A stretch of 32,000 nucleotides of DNA from an uncultured Candidatus Saccharibacteria bacterium (GCA_964543385.1 CAZIYE010000004.1:1-32000), one strand, 5' to 3'. Positions 8,106 through 17,362 are shown, counted from the stretch's first letter. Notes: generated by a model from the sequence alone, not told the origin. Translations and numbers: made by a program.

Positions 8106-8876
8106 ATGAAAAAGAATATCTATATTATAAAAGAAATACTGCTTTCTCTATTATTAACCATTTTGTTAATATTACCGGCTTATACTTTCGCTGCTCCAAA
8201 AGATAATTCTAATGCCGAAAAGCAAAGAGTTGACAATTTGAAAGAAAGAGCAAACCGTGAAATAGATCGAAGAGTTGCTTCTCTGAGTAAACTAACCTCA
8301 AGAATAAATTTGATCGTTAGAATTACAAGCGAGCAAAAAACATCCCTAATTTCCGAGATTTCAAAGAATATTACAGAGCTAACAGCTTTAAAAAACAAGG
8401 TAACTAGTGATACCGACCTGGCAACTCTGAAGGGTAATGTAAAATCGATAGTTGATTCATATAAGATATACGGAGTATTTGTACCCAAAATTCACCTACT
8501 TATCACTATTAATAAAACAGATCAGGCTCAAATAAAGTTATCAGATATTGCCCTAAAACTAGAGGATAGAATAAAAACACTCAAAGACGGCGGGAAGAAT
8601 GTGACGAGCCTTGAGGCAGATCTAATAGATATGAAAACAAACTTGGCCAATGCAAAAACAAAAATAGATGCTCTGCAAGAGAAAATTTTTGCAGTTATTC
8701 CAGCTGACTATCCGGGTAACAAGGGTATTTTAGTTGACGGAAAAAATGCCATGGCCTCAATAAGAAAAGATCTGGCTACTGCAAGACAGGATGCAGGGAA
8801 AATAGTTGAAGTAATAAAGGCAATGGATCAGGAAAGATCAACGATCAACAACACAGAAGAAGCTTCGAAAAAGTAG
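8106..8876 (+). CDS. Secreted all-helical/coiled-coil protein, unknown function
   Basis: 256 aa. Signal peptide ending in ...AYTFA/AP. The rest is a Lys/Glu/Leu-rich helical repeat-like sequence. Begins 12 nt after the preceding ORF. Confidence 0.7.
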   Translation: MKKNIYIIKEILLSLLLTILLILPAYTFAAPKDNSNAEKQRVDNLKERANREIDRRVASLSKLTSRINLIVRITSEQKTSLISEISKNITELTALKNKVTSDTDLATLKGNVKSIVDSYKIYGVFVPKIHLLITINKTDQAQIKLSDIALKLEDRIKTLKDGGKNVTSLEADLIDMKTNLANAKTKIDALQEKIFAVIPADYPGNKGILVDGKNAMASIRKDLATARQDAGKIVEVIKAMDQERSTINNTEEASKK

Positions 8877-8881
8877 TTTTC

Positions 8882-9079
8882 TTAAGATTCTTCCTCATCC
8901 AAGATTCCCTCAGCCACAGATGGTATTTCAAGCAAATGGCATGAAGGTTCCCCACCTTCCTCCATATCCACCTCCACAACAGAATGTCCATGTCTCATGT
9001 GAGCATGCTCGAAGGCGTCCTCCTCATCAGATGTGCAAAAAGCGCAATCATCCTGCATGCAAATGTATTTTTTTGACAT
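8882..9079 (-). CDS. Small acidic Cys/His protein with C2H2 zinc-finger-like spacing
   Basis: 65 aa. GGAG SD about 6 nt upstream of the ATG. Y5-x-C7-x4-C12-x12-H25-x4-H30, followed by an acidic tail. Local GC ~45% (hand count 89/198). Confidence 0.55.
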   Translation of the reverse strand: MSKKYICMQDDCAFCTSDEEDAFEHAHMRHGHSVVEVDMEEGGEPSCHLLEIPSVAEGILDEEES

Positions 9080-9171
9080 AAATTCTCCGTTTGTTTTATT
9101 TGCAACAATTCTAAGCGTTTTGTCCAGACTATTTCTTCATATAGTTTCACAAACCTGACCTAGACCAGAGC

Positions 9172-9201
9172 TTGAAAAATACATCTAAAAAGTGATAAGT
9201 T
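9172..9201 (+). promoter_or_regulatory. Candidate sigma-70 promoter for eno-gpmI
   Basis: TTGAAA (9172-9177), 17-18 nt spacer, TG-a-TAAGTT / ATAAGT (9193-9201). About 35 nt upstream of the eno ATG. Confidence 0.3.
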
Positions 9202-9233
9202 ATGGACTGATTATAAATTATTTTAGGAGAAAA

Positions 9234-10529
9234 ATGTCAAAAATTGCACAGATTGTGGCTAGAGAAATTTTAGATTCTCGAGGCAATCCTACAGTAGAAG
9301 TAGATTTAACACTGGATGATGGCTCTTTCGGCCGATCTGCAGTTCCATCAGGTGCTTCAACTGGAAGTTACGAAGCAGTCGAATTACGTGATGGCGGAAC
9401 AAGATACATGGGCAAAGGAGTAGAGACTGCCATAAATAATGTAAATAATATTCTAAAACAAGAATTGGTCGGCAAGGAATTCAATCAGGAATTGATCGAT
9501 GAAACTATGATTGCAATTGACGGGACTGAGAACAAGGGCAGACTAGGAGCAAACGCAATCTTGGGGGTTTCCATGGCCTTTTCACACGCCCAAGCAAAAA
9601 GCCAAGGCATTTCATTATATAAGTATTTTGAGAAAATAGCCGAGACTGGCAAGGAAATCAGATTGCCGGTGCCAATGATGAATATATTAAACGGCGGAAA
9701 ACATGCGGAGAATTCAACCGACCTACAGGAATTCATGATTATGCCTGCCGGAGCACCATCTTTTAAGGAAGCGCTTAGATATGGCACTGAGGTATTTCAT
9801 AATTTGAAAAAAATTCTAGCAGCTAAAGGCCTAAACACATCAGTCGGCGACGAAGGCGGTTTTGCACCAGCTCTTCCTTCTAACGAAGCTGCTCTAGAAG
9901 TTATTGTCGAAGCCATAACGAAAGCTGGTTATGTACCAGGCAAGGATATTTATATTGCTATCGACGGTGCTGCGACAGAGCTTTACGAGGATGGGAAATA
10001 TAACCTGGCGACCGAAGGCAAAAAGCTTACAAGTGAGGAAATGATTGATTTATACGCATCATGGCTTCAAAAATATCCGATTATCTCCATTGAAGATGGC
10101 TTGTCAGAGGATGACTGGGCTGGGTATGAATTATTCACACAAAGACTTGGTGACAAAGTTCAAATCGTTGGTGATGATCTATTCGTTACGAATATTAAAA
10201 GACTTCAAGATGGCATTAAAAGAAACGCTGCAAACTCAATCCTTATCAAACTAAACCAGATTGGCACAGTCTCAGAAACTATTAAGGCTATAAAGATGGC
10301 AAATGAGGCCGGTTTTACATCAATTGTTTCTCATCGTTCCGGCGAGACCGAAGATCCAACAATCGCTGATTTTGTAGTAGGACTTGCCAGTGGACAGATA
10401 AAAACTGGATCGCTTTGCCGATCAGAAAGAATCTGCAAATATAATCAACTCTTAAGAATCGAAGAAGAACTGGGAGATAAAGCTATTTATCCTGGTTTGA
10501 ATGCTTTTAATTTTTCCAAAATCAATTAA
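9234..10529 (+). CDS. eno: Enolase (phosphopyruvate hydratase)
   Basis: [23 protein letters not shown]..., SHRSGETED and the rest align with canonical enolase. AGGAG SD at 9225-9229 supports ATG 9234 rather than the track start at 9192. Confidence 0.95.
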   Translation: MSKIAQIVAREILDSRGNPTVEVDLTLDDGSFGRSAVPSGASTGSYEAVELRDGGTRYMGKGVETAINNVNNILKQELVGKEFNQELIDETMIAIDGTENKGRLGANAILGVSMAFSHAQAKSQGISLYKYFEKIAETGKEIRLPVPMMNILNGGKHAENSTDLQEFMIMPAGAPSFKEALRYGTEVFHNLKKILAAKGLNTSVGDEGGFAPALPSNEAALEVIVEAITKAGYVPGKDIYIAIDGAATELYEDGKYNLATEGKKLTSEEMIDLYASWLQKYPIISIEDGLSEDDWAGYELFTQRLGDKVQIVGDDLFVTNIKRLQDGIKRNAANSILIKLNQIGTVSETIKAIKMANEAGFTSIVSHRSGETEDPTIADFVVGLASGQIKTGSLCRSERICKYNQLLRIEEELGDKAIYPGLNAFNFSKIN

Positions 10530-10540
10530 AAAATAAATCT

Positions 10541-12061
10541 ATGAATAAAGACAGGAATAAGGTTATTTTAATTGTGCTCGATGGTTGGGGATATCAGGAA
10601 GAAAAAGAACACAATGCAATCGCCGAGGCAAAAACGCCATATTTTGATAATCTATGGAACAATTACCCTCATGCACTCTTAGAAGCAAGTGGCGAAGCAG
10701 TAGGATTACCAGATGGACAAATGGGCAACAGTGAAGTCGGCCATACTATAATTGGTGCAGGAAAAGTGGTCTATACAGATTTTGCAAAGATATCTAAAGC
10801 TGTAAAAGAAAATGATTTCGAGAATAATGCCTCTTTTATTGATTTATTTAACCATGTAAAACAACATGATTCTGTCCTTCATATTAAGGGCCTGGTAAGT
10901 CCTGGTGGGGTGCATAGTCATAGCCAACATCTCTACGCGTTTCTAAAAGCAGCTAAAAAATTTGGGGTCGAGAAAGTTGCAATACACGCCTTTACCGATG
11001 GTCGAGATACTCCACCCAAAAGTGCACATGAATATCTAAAAGAACTAGAAGATATCATAGAACATATAGGGATCGGTTTTATAGCAACCGCTTCCGGACG
11101 CTTCTACGCAATGGACAGAGATAACAATTGGGATAGATTGAAAAAGGTCGAAGACGCAATTTTTGAAGGTAAAGGTAAGAGCTCTAAGGGCCAGAAGCCA
11201 TCAGATGTTGTCAAGGGGTTACACAGTGAAGGTATCGTTGATGAACATATAGAACCAATTATATTCTTGGATGATCTAGGCAATAGTTACCAAGTCAGAG
11301 ATAATGACGGCATATTCTTTTTCAATTTTAGAAAAGATCGATCAAGGATGATGACCCAGAGAATAATCGAAAGAAAAGATCAGCAAAATCTTTTTCTTGT
11401 TACCATGACTCAGTATGATAACAATTTTAATTGCTCTATTGCTTTTTCTCCCGAAGAAATCACAACAACTCTAGGCAATGAAATCTCCAAATCTGGCCTA
11501 AAACAGGCTCATATCGCAGAAACAGAAAAGTTTGCTCATTGTACATATTACCTAAACGGCGGCAGACAAGAGCCATATGATGGCGAGAAACAAATATTAG
11601 TTGAAAGTCGAAAAGATATTAGCACCCATGACCAGGCACCCGAGATGAGGGCAAAAGAAATTACTGAGGAAATATTGCATTCTATTGCCGACAGCACCGA
11701 CTTCATTTTTGTCAATTATGCAAATCCAGATATGATCGGACATACCGGCAACAAGAATGCGATTATAAAAGCCATAGAATGTGTTGATTGTGAGATCAAT
11801 AAAGTAGTAAATGCTGCGTTAAAAAATGACTTTGATATTATTATCACCGCTGATCACGGCAACGCCGAGGTAAATTTTGATAAGATCTCAAATCAAAATC
11901 ATACTGCTCATACCATAAACCCTGTCCCAATTATCTATATCAGCAGAAAAAACTCAAAGATCTCGAACGGAGCACTTTATGATATAGCACCAACAGTCTT
12001 GAAACTCCTACATATAGAAAAACCAGAATCTATGACTGGAGAAAATATAATCAAACACTAA
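10541..12061 (+). CDS. gpmI: 2,3-bisphosphoglycerate-independent phosphoglycerate mutase
   Basis: 506 aa. 'LIVLDGWG', 'GNSEVGH', 'TADHGNAE' motifs of iPGM. 11 nt after eno. Confidence 0.95.
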   Translation: MNKDRNKVILIVLDGWGYQEEKEHNAIAEAKTPYFDNLWNNYPHALLEASGEAVGLPDGQMGNSEVGHTIIGAGKVVYTDFAKISKAVKENDFENNASFIDLFNHVKQHDSVLHIKGLVSPGGVHSHSQHLYAFLKAAKKFGVEKVAIHAFTDGRDTPPKSAHEYLKELEDIIEHIGIGFIATASGRFYAMDRDNNWDRLKKVEDAIFEGKGKSSKGQKPSDVVKGLHSEGIVDEHIEPIIFLDDLGNSYQVRDNDGIFFFNFRKDRSRMMTQRIIERKDQQNLFLVTMTQYDNNFNCSIAFSPEEITTTLGNEISKSGLKQAHIAETEKFAHCTYYLNGGRQEPYDGEKQILVESRKDISTHDQAPEMRAKEITEEILHSIADSTDFIFVNYANPDMIGHTGNKNAIIKAIECVDCEINKVVNAALKNDFDIIITADHGNAEVNFDKISNQNHTAHTINPVPIIYISRKNSKISNGALYDIAPTVLKLLHIEKPESMTGENIIKH

Positions 12062-12072
12062 AAAGCGTACAT

Positions 12073-12105
12073 AAAAAAGAGGCTCTACAAGAGCCTCTTT
12101 TTTTA
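12073..12105. terminator. Bidirectional rho-independent terminator
   Basis: A6 tract, perfect 9-bp stem aagaggctc/gagcctctt, 5-nt loop, T7 tract. Lies between convergent gpmI (+) and minus-strand genes. Confidence 0.75.
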
Positions 12106-12118
12106 TATCGTAATGTAG

Positions 12119-12247
12119 TTAGCGAATCTCTTTTTCCTGTCTCGACGGCTCAGTATCTCCGCTATTTTGCCAATTCCATACGCCCCATAAAGCCGCTACA
12201 ATTGCTATGATCGCAAGCACAAATATTAGTAGCTTTTTATAATTCAT
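12119..12247 (-). CDS. Possible 42-aa single-TM micro-protein
   Basis: Below the ORF-track cutoff. MNYKKLLIFVLAIIAIVAALWGVWNWQNSGDTEPSRQEKEIR. Its ATG lies within the last codons of the PPIase gene (ATGAATTATAA, 11-nt overlap). It ends just before the terminator. No SD. Confidence 0.3.
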   Translation of the reverse strand: MNYKKLLIFVLAIIAIVAALWGVWNWQNSGDTEPSRQEKEIR

Positions 12248-13253
12248 AAAATTTCAGAATTAAACTTTTTGCCTTGATACCTTCCATCCAATCCGTGAAT
12301 TTTTCCTCTATACTGCCAGTTTTAGATTCTACTTTGATAATATGCCAGCCAAATTCGCTTCTTACCGAAGAAGATATTTCGCCAACTTTTGTCTTAAAGG
12401 CTTCTTCAGAGAATTCATCTACCATATCCCCCTTAGCAAAGGGTTCTAAAGTTCCTCCCTGTTCGGCGCTACCAGTATCCTCTGAATATTTCTTTGCAGC
12501 TTCGGCAAAATCAAGTCCTGCTTTAATTTCGGTTAATATCCCCTCTATCTTTGTTTTGGCGGCGTCCACAGTCTCTTGATTAGCATCTTTGTCCACACGG
12601 ATAAGGATATGTTTGGCCTGAATCTTGGCGATAGATGTTTCGTTTAGCTTATCTCGTAAAAGCTGAATTTTCACAAGCTTGGTAAACTCTTTCAAAGTTA
12701 ATCCATATAATTCCTGCAGAACCTTCTCGACTTTTTCCTTGCCGCCATTTTGTTCCACTATAGCATTAATAGTAGAGTCAACATCTTTTTTATCAACTTT
12801 TATCCCATCATTCATTGCTCTGAATTTGATAATCTTGTTTTCAATAAGCTGGTCTATAATCTGACTATCAATTTCCTTAAAATTTACCTCTTCTTGCTTA
12901 GTGGCGTCATAAAAATGATGAATATAATTTCTCTCATTGAGATAATCGTTATAAGTAATAAAGTCATAATTAACAACAGCAATTGGGAGAGGTATTATCT
13001 TTGCAGCTATCTGTGTGGCTTTATTGTCAATCTTAAAACCATAAACCATGACCGCAAAGACAGCTTCTACGATAGCGATCGCAATAAAGATAATTACTAT
13101 AGGCAAAGACAGCTTCCGCCAATTTATCTTACTTGTTATGAATTTTGATTTAGACGAACAAGACTTAAAACAATTTTTGGTCTTGACGGACAAGGACTTA
13201 AAAAACGATATTATAGATTTAATATCGAAATTAACTTTTAATTTATTCTTCAT
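12237..13253 (-). CDS. Membrane-anchored parvulin-type peptidyl-prolyl isomerase (PrsA/SurA-like)
   Basis: 338 aa. N-terminal TM. C-terminal PpiC domain: 'AKHILIRV...FAEAAKKYSEDTGSAEQGGTLEPFAKGDMVDEFSEEAF...SEFGWHIIKVE'. Confidence 0.85.
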   Translation of the reverse strand: MKNKLKVNFDIKSIISFFKSLSVKTKNCFKSCSSKSKFITSKINWRKLSLPIVIIFIAIAIVEAVFAVMVYGFKIDNKATQIAAKIIPLPIAVVNYDFITYNDYLNERNYIHHFYDATKQEEVNFKEIDSQIIDQLIENKIIKFRAMNDGIKVDKKDVDSTINAIVEQNGGKEKVEKVLQELYGLTLKEFTKLVKIQLLRDKLNETSIAKIQAKHILIRVDKDANQETVDAAKTKIEGILTEIKAGLDFAEAAKKYSEDTGSAEQGGTLEPFAKGDMVDEFSEEAFKTKVGEISSSVRSEFGWHIIKVESKTGSIEEKFTDWMEGIKAKSLILKFYEL

Positions 13254-13294
13254 ATATCTCCAATTTTTATCTCATTATATAAGAGGTTATGTTA

Positions 13295-13867
13295 TTAGAC
13301 AAGACCACCCCAGGTTGATGTAAGAAAAACCAATATAATCGCCAAGGTAGTTATTATTACATATGTTAAAAAATTATTATCCATATGTTTAGCCAAAATA
13401 GTATAACAATATCCAACAAATAGATAGCTTATTGAAGCAATAATTAAACTCTGGTTGATAGGACTAATGGCAAAATAGCTCAAAGCCAAAAAGGCCTGCA
13501 AGATTATAAGACTAAATAAGACTAGATATATTAGTCGTTTATTCCCTAATATTCCGATCTTTTGCTCAGTATAAGTAAAAAGATAGCCGAATATAATAAC
13601 AACCCCTATCATTATAAGCCAGAGGGGTATGCTCAACTGAAACATAAATACACTAAAAGCATATGTAGAAGTAAAAGAGAGTAGGATAAGGGTAAATATT
13701 GTTGATTTCTCCGTCCAGATGAAGATTAGACCTAGCAAGGAAATAAAAATGATCAGCCAAGATAATACCGAGCTATCCTGATTGGTCAAATAAAAAGATA
13801 GGTTACTCCATGTAAGTATGAGCGTTAGTAGTATTTTCCGGGCCAGCTGGTTGTGCAAAAACGCCAT
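13295..13867 (-). CDS. Polytopic membrane protein, unknown function
   Basis: 190 aa, 5-6 hydrophobic segments. Begins 3 nt after the LCP gene stop. Confidence 0.6.
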   Translation of the reverse strand: MAFLHNQLARKILLTLILTWSNLSFYLTNQDSSVLSWLIIFISLLGLIFIWTEKSTIFTLILLSFTSTYAFSVFMFQLSIPLWLIMIGVVIIFGYLFTYTEQKIGILGNKRLIYLVLFSLIILQAFLALSYFAISPINQSLIIASISYLFVGYCYTILAKHMDNNFLTYVIITTLAIILVFLTSTWGGLV

Positions 13868-13870
13868 AAA

Positions 13871-15259
13871 TTAACTCTTCGAAGAATTGTAGTCATCACC
13901 GATGATTATCCTAATATCGGTTGTTTCTCCGTCCTTTTTATCAGCAGTCTTTATTTCTGCATTTAGCCTATTTTTTAAGAATTCTAGAGTATTTTTTTTG
14001 CTTTGTCCACTTAAATCATAAATAACCGTATTGGCTGTTTTTTGTTTTGCAACTGAAATAGAGGATATTGTATAACCGCTTTTTTGCAGCTCCTCCGCTA
14101 ATATACCACCAAGACCGGATTTAGCAGAACCATTCTGAATCTCAATTCTGGCCGATTCTTTTTTCTTATAGTCAAAGATATTTTCAGCCAGATTCTGGAT
14201 TTCCTTAAAATTTCCTGATTTTGGTTTTAGATAATAGAGTCCATTGTTGTGGTCGACAAGAAGTCCATTGGGACCATTTGATAGAACTTCTGTTATCGCG
14301 CCGTCCATAGATATGCCGCTTATTAGCTCTAGGAAAGATTTGGTTTCGCTTGGCGTAAGACTGAGTCTTATGCTATTTCCAAGAGTCGCCGTGACATCAG
14401 CAATTTTTTTAGGATTTGCCAAGAAACCAGCCTTCATTGCCCGTTCCTTTACTGCCGAAACTATCTTTTGTTGTCTAGCAGCACGATCAAAATCAGATGT
14501 CGTCTCTCTAGAACGAGCATATTTCAGAGCCGTTTTGCCATCCAGGTGATGCTGTCCTGCTTTTATTTTAAATGGTGCATAACCCTTCATTGCATCATCA
14601 GGAAAGAGCGGATCATAGATTGTCTTTTCGACGTAAACATCCACTCCCCCTAATTGATCAATGACTTTCTCGAATCCCTTGAAATCAGCTGTAATATAGT
14701 AATGTATCGGAATATCCAGAACGCCCGAAACAACATCAACGGATTGTCTTGCTCCGGCCGTCAAAGCAAGCTCCTGACAAGCAGAGGCATTTTTTTTGTT
14801 GCACTGCTTAGTATAATAATCGTTATATCCAGCATAAAAGGCAGAATTTATTTTGTCATCTCCTCTACCAGGAACTTTTACCTGAAGATCGCGCGGAATT
14901 GACAAAATGGCAACCTTTTTGTCACTCGGTCTAATGCTTAAAACCATAATACTATCAGTCAGTAAACCCCCGGGATGATTAACCCCGCCCATACCCATTA
15001 GTAATACATTTATACGGTCCTGATCTTCACCCTTTAGTTTTTCCTTGCCATAAAAAGTCTTGATTAGTGACTGACCGCCGAGTCCTTGCTCAAAGACTTT
15101 TGAGCCAGAGGCGACTAAAAATGCAGCATAGGAGATAACAAGGATTAGAAGTAAAGACAAAGCCATAATGACAATCCGCCAGATCTTCTTCTTTGGAGGT
15201 TTATTAGACTGCTTTAAATTATGTCTAGGATTTTGTTTTTTCTTTAAGAAAAATGACAT
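13871..15259 (-). CDS. LytR-CpsA-Psr (LCP) family cell-envelope phosphotransferase with LytR_C domain
   Basis: 462 aa. N-terminal TM. 'RINVLLMGMGG...TDSIMVLSIRP...ILSIPRDL' LCP core. C-terminal 'ARIEIQNGS...IIIGDDY' LytR_C-like domain. Confidence 0.85.
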   Translation of the reverse strand: MSFFLKKKQNPRHNLKQSNKPPKKKIWRIVIMALSLLLILVISYAAFLVASGSKVFEQGLGGQSLIKTFYGKEKLKGEDQDRINVLLMGMGGVNHPGGLLTDSIMVLSIRPSDKKVAILSIPRDLQVKVPGRGDDKINSAFYAGYNDYYTKQCNKKNASACQELALTAGARQSVDVVSGVLDIPIHYYITADFKGFEKVIDQLGGVDVYVEKTIYDPLFPDDAMKGYAPFKIKAGQHHLDGKTALKYARSRETTSDFDRAARQQKIVSAVKERAMKAGFLANPKKIADVTATLGNSIRLSLTPSETKSFLELISGISMDGAITEVLSNGPNGLLVDHNNGLYYLKPKSGNFKEIQNLAENIFDYKKKESARIEIQNGSAKSGLGGILAEELQKSGYTISSISVAKQKTANTVIYDLSGQSKKNTLEFLKNRLNAEIKTADKKDGETTDIRIIIGDDYNSSKS

Positions 15260-15309
15260 TTTTATATTAGAAAATTAATTAACTACAAAGATCATCTTAT
15301 CAAATAACC

Positions 15310-15681
15310 CTATTTGAGTCTAGATTTCTCCTTGGTGATAAACGGTTCTTTCAGATATCTAGCTGACACAGGTCGTTTAAAATTATCGTTTTCGTCCACA
15401 TCTCCCGCACAGACAACCGGAATATTGAGACCAAAAGCGAGAAAATTTGCTGTGGTAATACCAACTCTAATGCCAGTATATGAACCAGGCCCGCAGTTAA
15501 CCACAATCTTGTCTATAGATTTTTTAGAGAAATTATTCTTTTTTAGTAATTCGTCTATAACCTGTAATAATTTCTCGCTCTGGCTGAAACGTAGACTATC
15601 TCGATATTGATCGATAATCTTGCCATTATCATCATTCAGGGCCATAATTGTATCATCACTTGTATCAATATATAATTGCAT
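15310..15681 (-). CDS. tsaB: Short TsaB-like protein (t6A biosynthesis, N-terminal half only)
   Basis: 123 aa. 'LYIDTS...' and 'GPGSYTGIRVGITTANFLAFGLNIPV' match the TsaB/YeaZ N-terminal domain. Immediately downstream of tsaE. Confidence 0.7.
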   Translation of the reverse strand: MQLYIDTSDDTIMALNDDNGKIIDQYRDSLRFSQSEKLLQVIDELLKKNNFSKKSIDKIVVNCGPGSYTGIRVGITTANFLAFGLNIPVVCAGDVDENDNFKRPVSARYLKEPFITKEKSRLK

Positions 15682-15687
15682 TTTTTC

Positions 15688-16107
15688 CTAGTAGCTAATT
15701 TGTCTAGAATTTTTATCAATAAACAGAAATTTTATTGATTTAGACTTATTTTTTATTATCGGCCAGACATTTTCAGGCCACTCTATCAAGACAACATTTT
15801 CCTTATTATCAATTACCTCGGAAAGTCCGATAGAATCTGCATCAGCCAAAGAAGTCAAACGATATGCATCAATATGGACTAAATACTTTATTTCATTATG
15901 GTCAGTCGGATAAATTTTCATAATGTTGAAAGTCGGACTTTTTATAGTCTTTTGTATCCCCAAGGACTTGGCCAAACCCTTCACAAATGTTGTTTTGCCA
16001 GCGCCAAGATCGCCGAACAGGGCGAAAACCTTGCCTCCCTTTAGATCTGCTGCCAATTTGGCACCCAGGCCAAACGTCTCTTTCTCACTTTTTGAAATAA
16101 TATCCAT
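15688..16107 (-). CDS. tsaE: tRNA t6A37 biosynthesis ATPase TsaE
   Basis: 139 aa. Walker A 'GDLGAGKTTFVKG', 'SPTF' and 'HIDAYRL' blocks of YjeE/TsaE. Confidence 0.9.
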   Translation of the reverse strand: MDIISKSEKETFGLGAKLAADLKGGKVFALFGDLGAGKTTFVKGLAKSLGIQKTIKSPTFNIMKIYPTDHNEIKYLVHIDAYRLTSLADADSIGLSEVIDNKENVVLIEWPENVWPIIKNKSKSIKFLFIDKNSRQISY

Positions 16108-17342
16108 AATGTATAAATAATTGTACCAAAAATTAAACTAAGTATCTCGCTCGGCCCAGCCATAGGCAGGTGATCAGAAGTCAATACTTTAACATCTTCT
16201 TGCTTTGTTGGCAATATTCTATATTCGCCTTTGTATTCCGATACAATACCAGCAATCTCTACCTTGTCCCCTTTTCTCATCTTCGGCTTATCGATATTCG
16301 CCGAATCACGAATGTTAACTTTGATTTTTTCATCAGAGTTTTTCGTCCCAACCACAAAATTGTCACCGCTAGTCTCAATGACTAGTCCGGTTATTTTAAT
16401 ATATTCCCCTTCATATTTTTCACTAATTTCTGAGACTTCAACTCGCACTGGAATAATTTCGGCTACATTTTCCAAGATACGAATATTAGTAATATCTGCA
16501 ATCTTAATTCTCCTCTCGCCCGAGACACTAGATAATTCACCGCTAATTAAAATTTTGTCCCCGAGCTTTAATATGGGAAATAGTTTGTGATAATTATAGA
16601 CTTGCATACCACCAGTCTTATCCTCAATATAGAAGTATTGAGTAGACAGTACGCCAGGCAAAACCGTAACTATGCCAGAAACCGTAGTTTTATCACCATC
16701 TTGATCTTCTCGAGCTATAGCAATATCTACGATAATATCTTCTGTCTTAATTTCCTCTGGCTCAACAATAGGAAGAGGTCCAGAGCCAGGGGAAGGTTTT
16801 ATATTCATAATAAACTGACCATCAATAGGCGCTCTCTCTATCGACTGTCCATCATCTATAACCAAATCCTTGTAGTCAGTTGAGTTCCAAATAACTTCAT
16901 TTATAATGTTTTTGTCGCCATCCAAAATAGTCAAAGTATCGTTTGAATTGCTCAATCCATTTCCGATTACATGCTCCAAGTAAATTACTTTTGCTCCTAG
17001 ATCAACGTCAGGGAAATTTATTAGAAAAAATTCCTTGTAAGCAGCTATTACAAGAAAACTATCAGGCTCGACCACATAGGAAATGTTTGAGATAATAACG
17101 CTATCCATATTGTCCTTAAGCGACCAATTTATTATGTCAACTGGCTCGTCTGTATTGTTATAGAGTTCGACCCATTCATATTTTGTATCAGTTCCTGCTT
17201 GGATCGGGTTGTAATAAACCTCAGAAATCAACAGTGAGCCCACGGGACGAGTATCGTCAGCCGCCTTAACAAACTCAGGCAAAAAATATGTTGCCGAGAA
17301 ACAAATAACGAACAATAAAGTTTTTACTATTTTTCCCCTCAT
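16041..17342 (-). CDS. Secreted lamin-tail-domain (LTD) protein with two OB-fold-like modules and an LPxxG-type C-terminal sorting signal
   Basis: 433 aa. Signal peptide. LTD block 'LLISEVYYNP...YEWVELYNNTDEPVDIINWSL'. Two 'xVxGIVT...' OB-like segments. C-terminus is LPMAG + 20 hydrophobic residues + KVRKRR (LPMAG at nt 16155-16169). The last 67 nt overlap tsaE. Confidence 0.75.
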   Translation of the reverse strand: MRGKIVKTLLFVICFSATYFLPEFVKAADDTRPVGSLLISEVYYNPIQAGTDTKYEWVELYNNTDEPVDIINWSLKDNMDSVIISNISYVVEPDSFLVIAAYKEFFLINFPDVDLGAKVIYLEHVIGNGLSNSNDTLTILDGDKNIINEVIWNSTDYKDLVIDDGQSIERAPIDGQFIMNIKPSPGSGPLPIVEPEEIKTEDIIVDIAIAREDQDGDKTTVSGIVTVLPGVLSTQYFYIEDKTGGMQVYNYHKLFPILKLGDKILISGELSSVSGERRIKIADITNIRILENVAEIIPVRVEVSEISEKYEGEYIKITGLVIETSGDNFVVGTKNSDEKIKVNIRDSANIDKPKMRKGDKVEIAGIVSEYKGEYRILPTKQEDVKVLTSDHLPMAGPSEILSLIFGTIIYTLWILFQKVRKRRLAWVPNWQQI

Positions 17343-17362
17343 AAAGCTATCTTTATTTTCCC

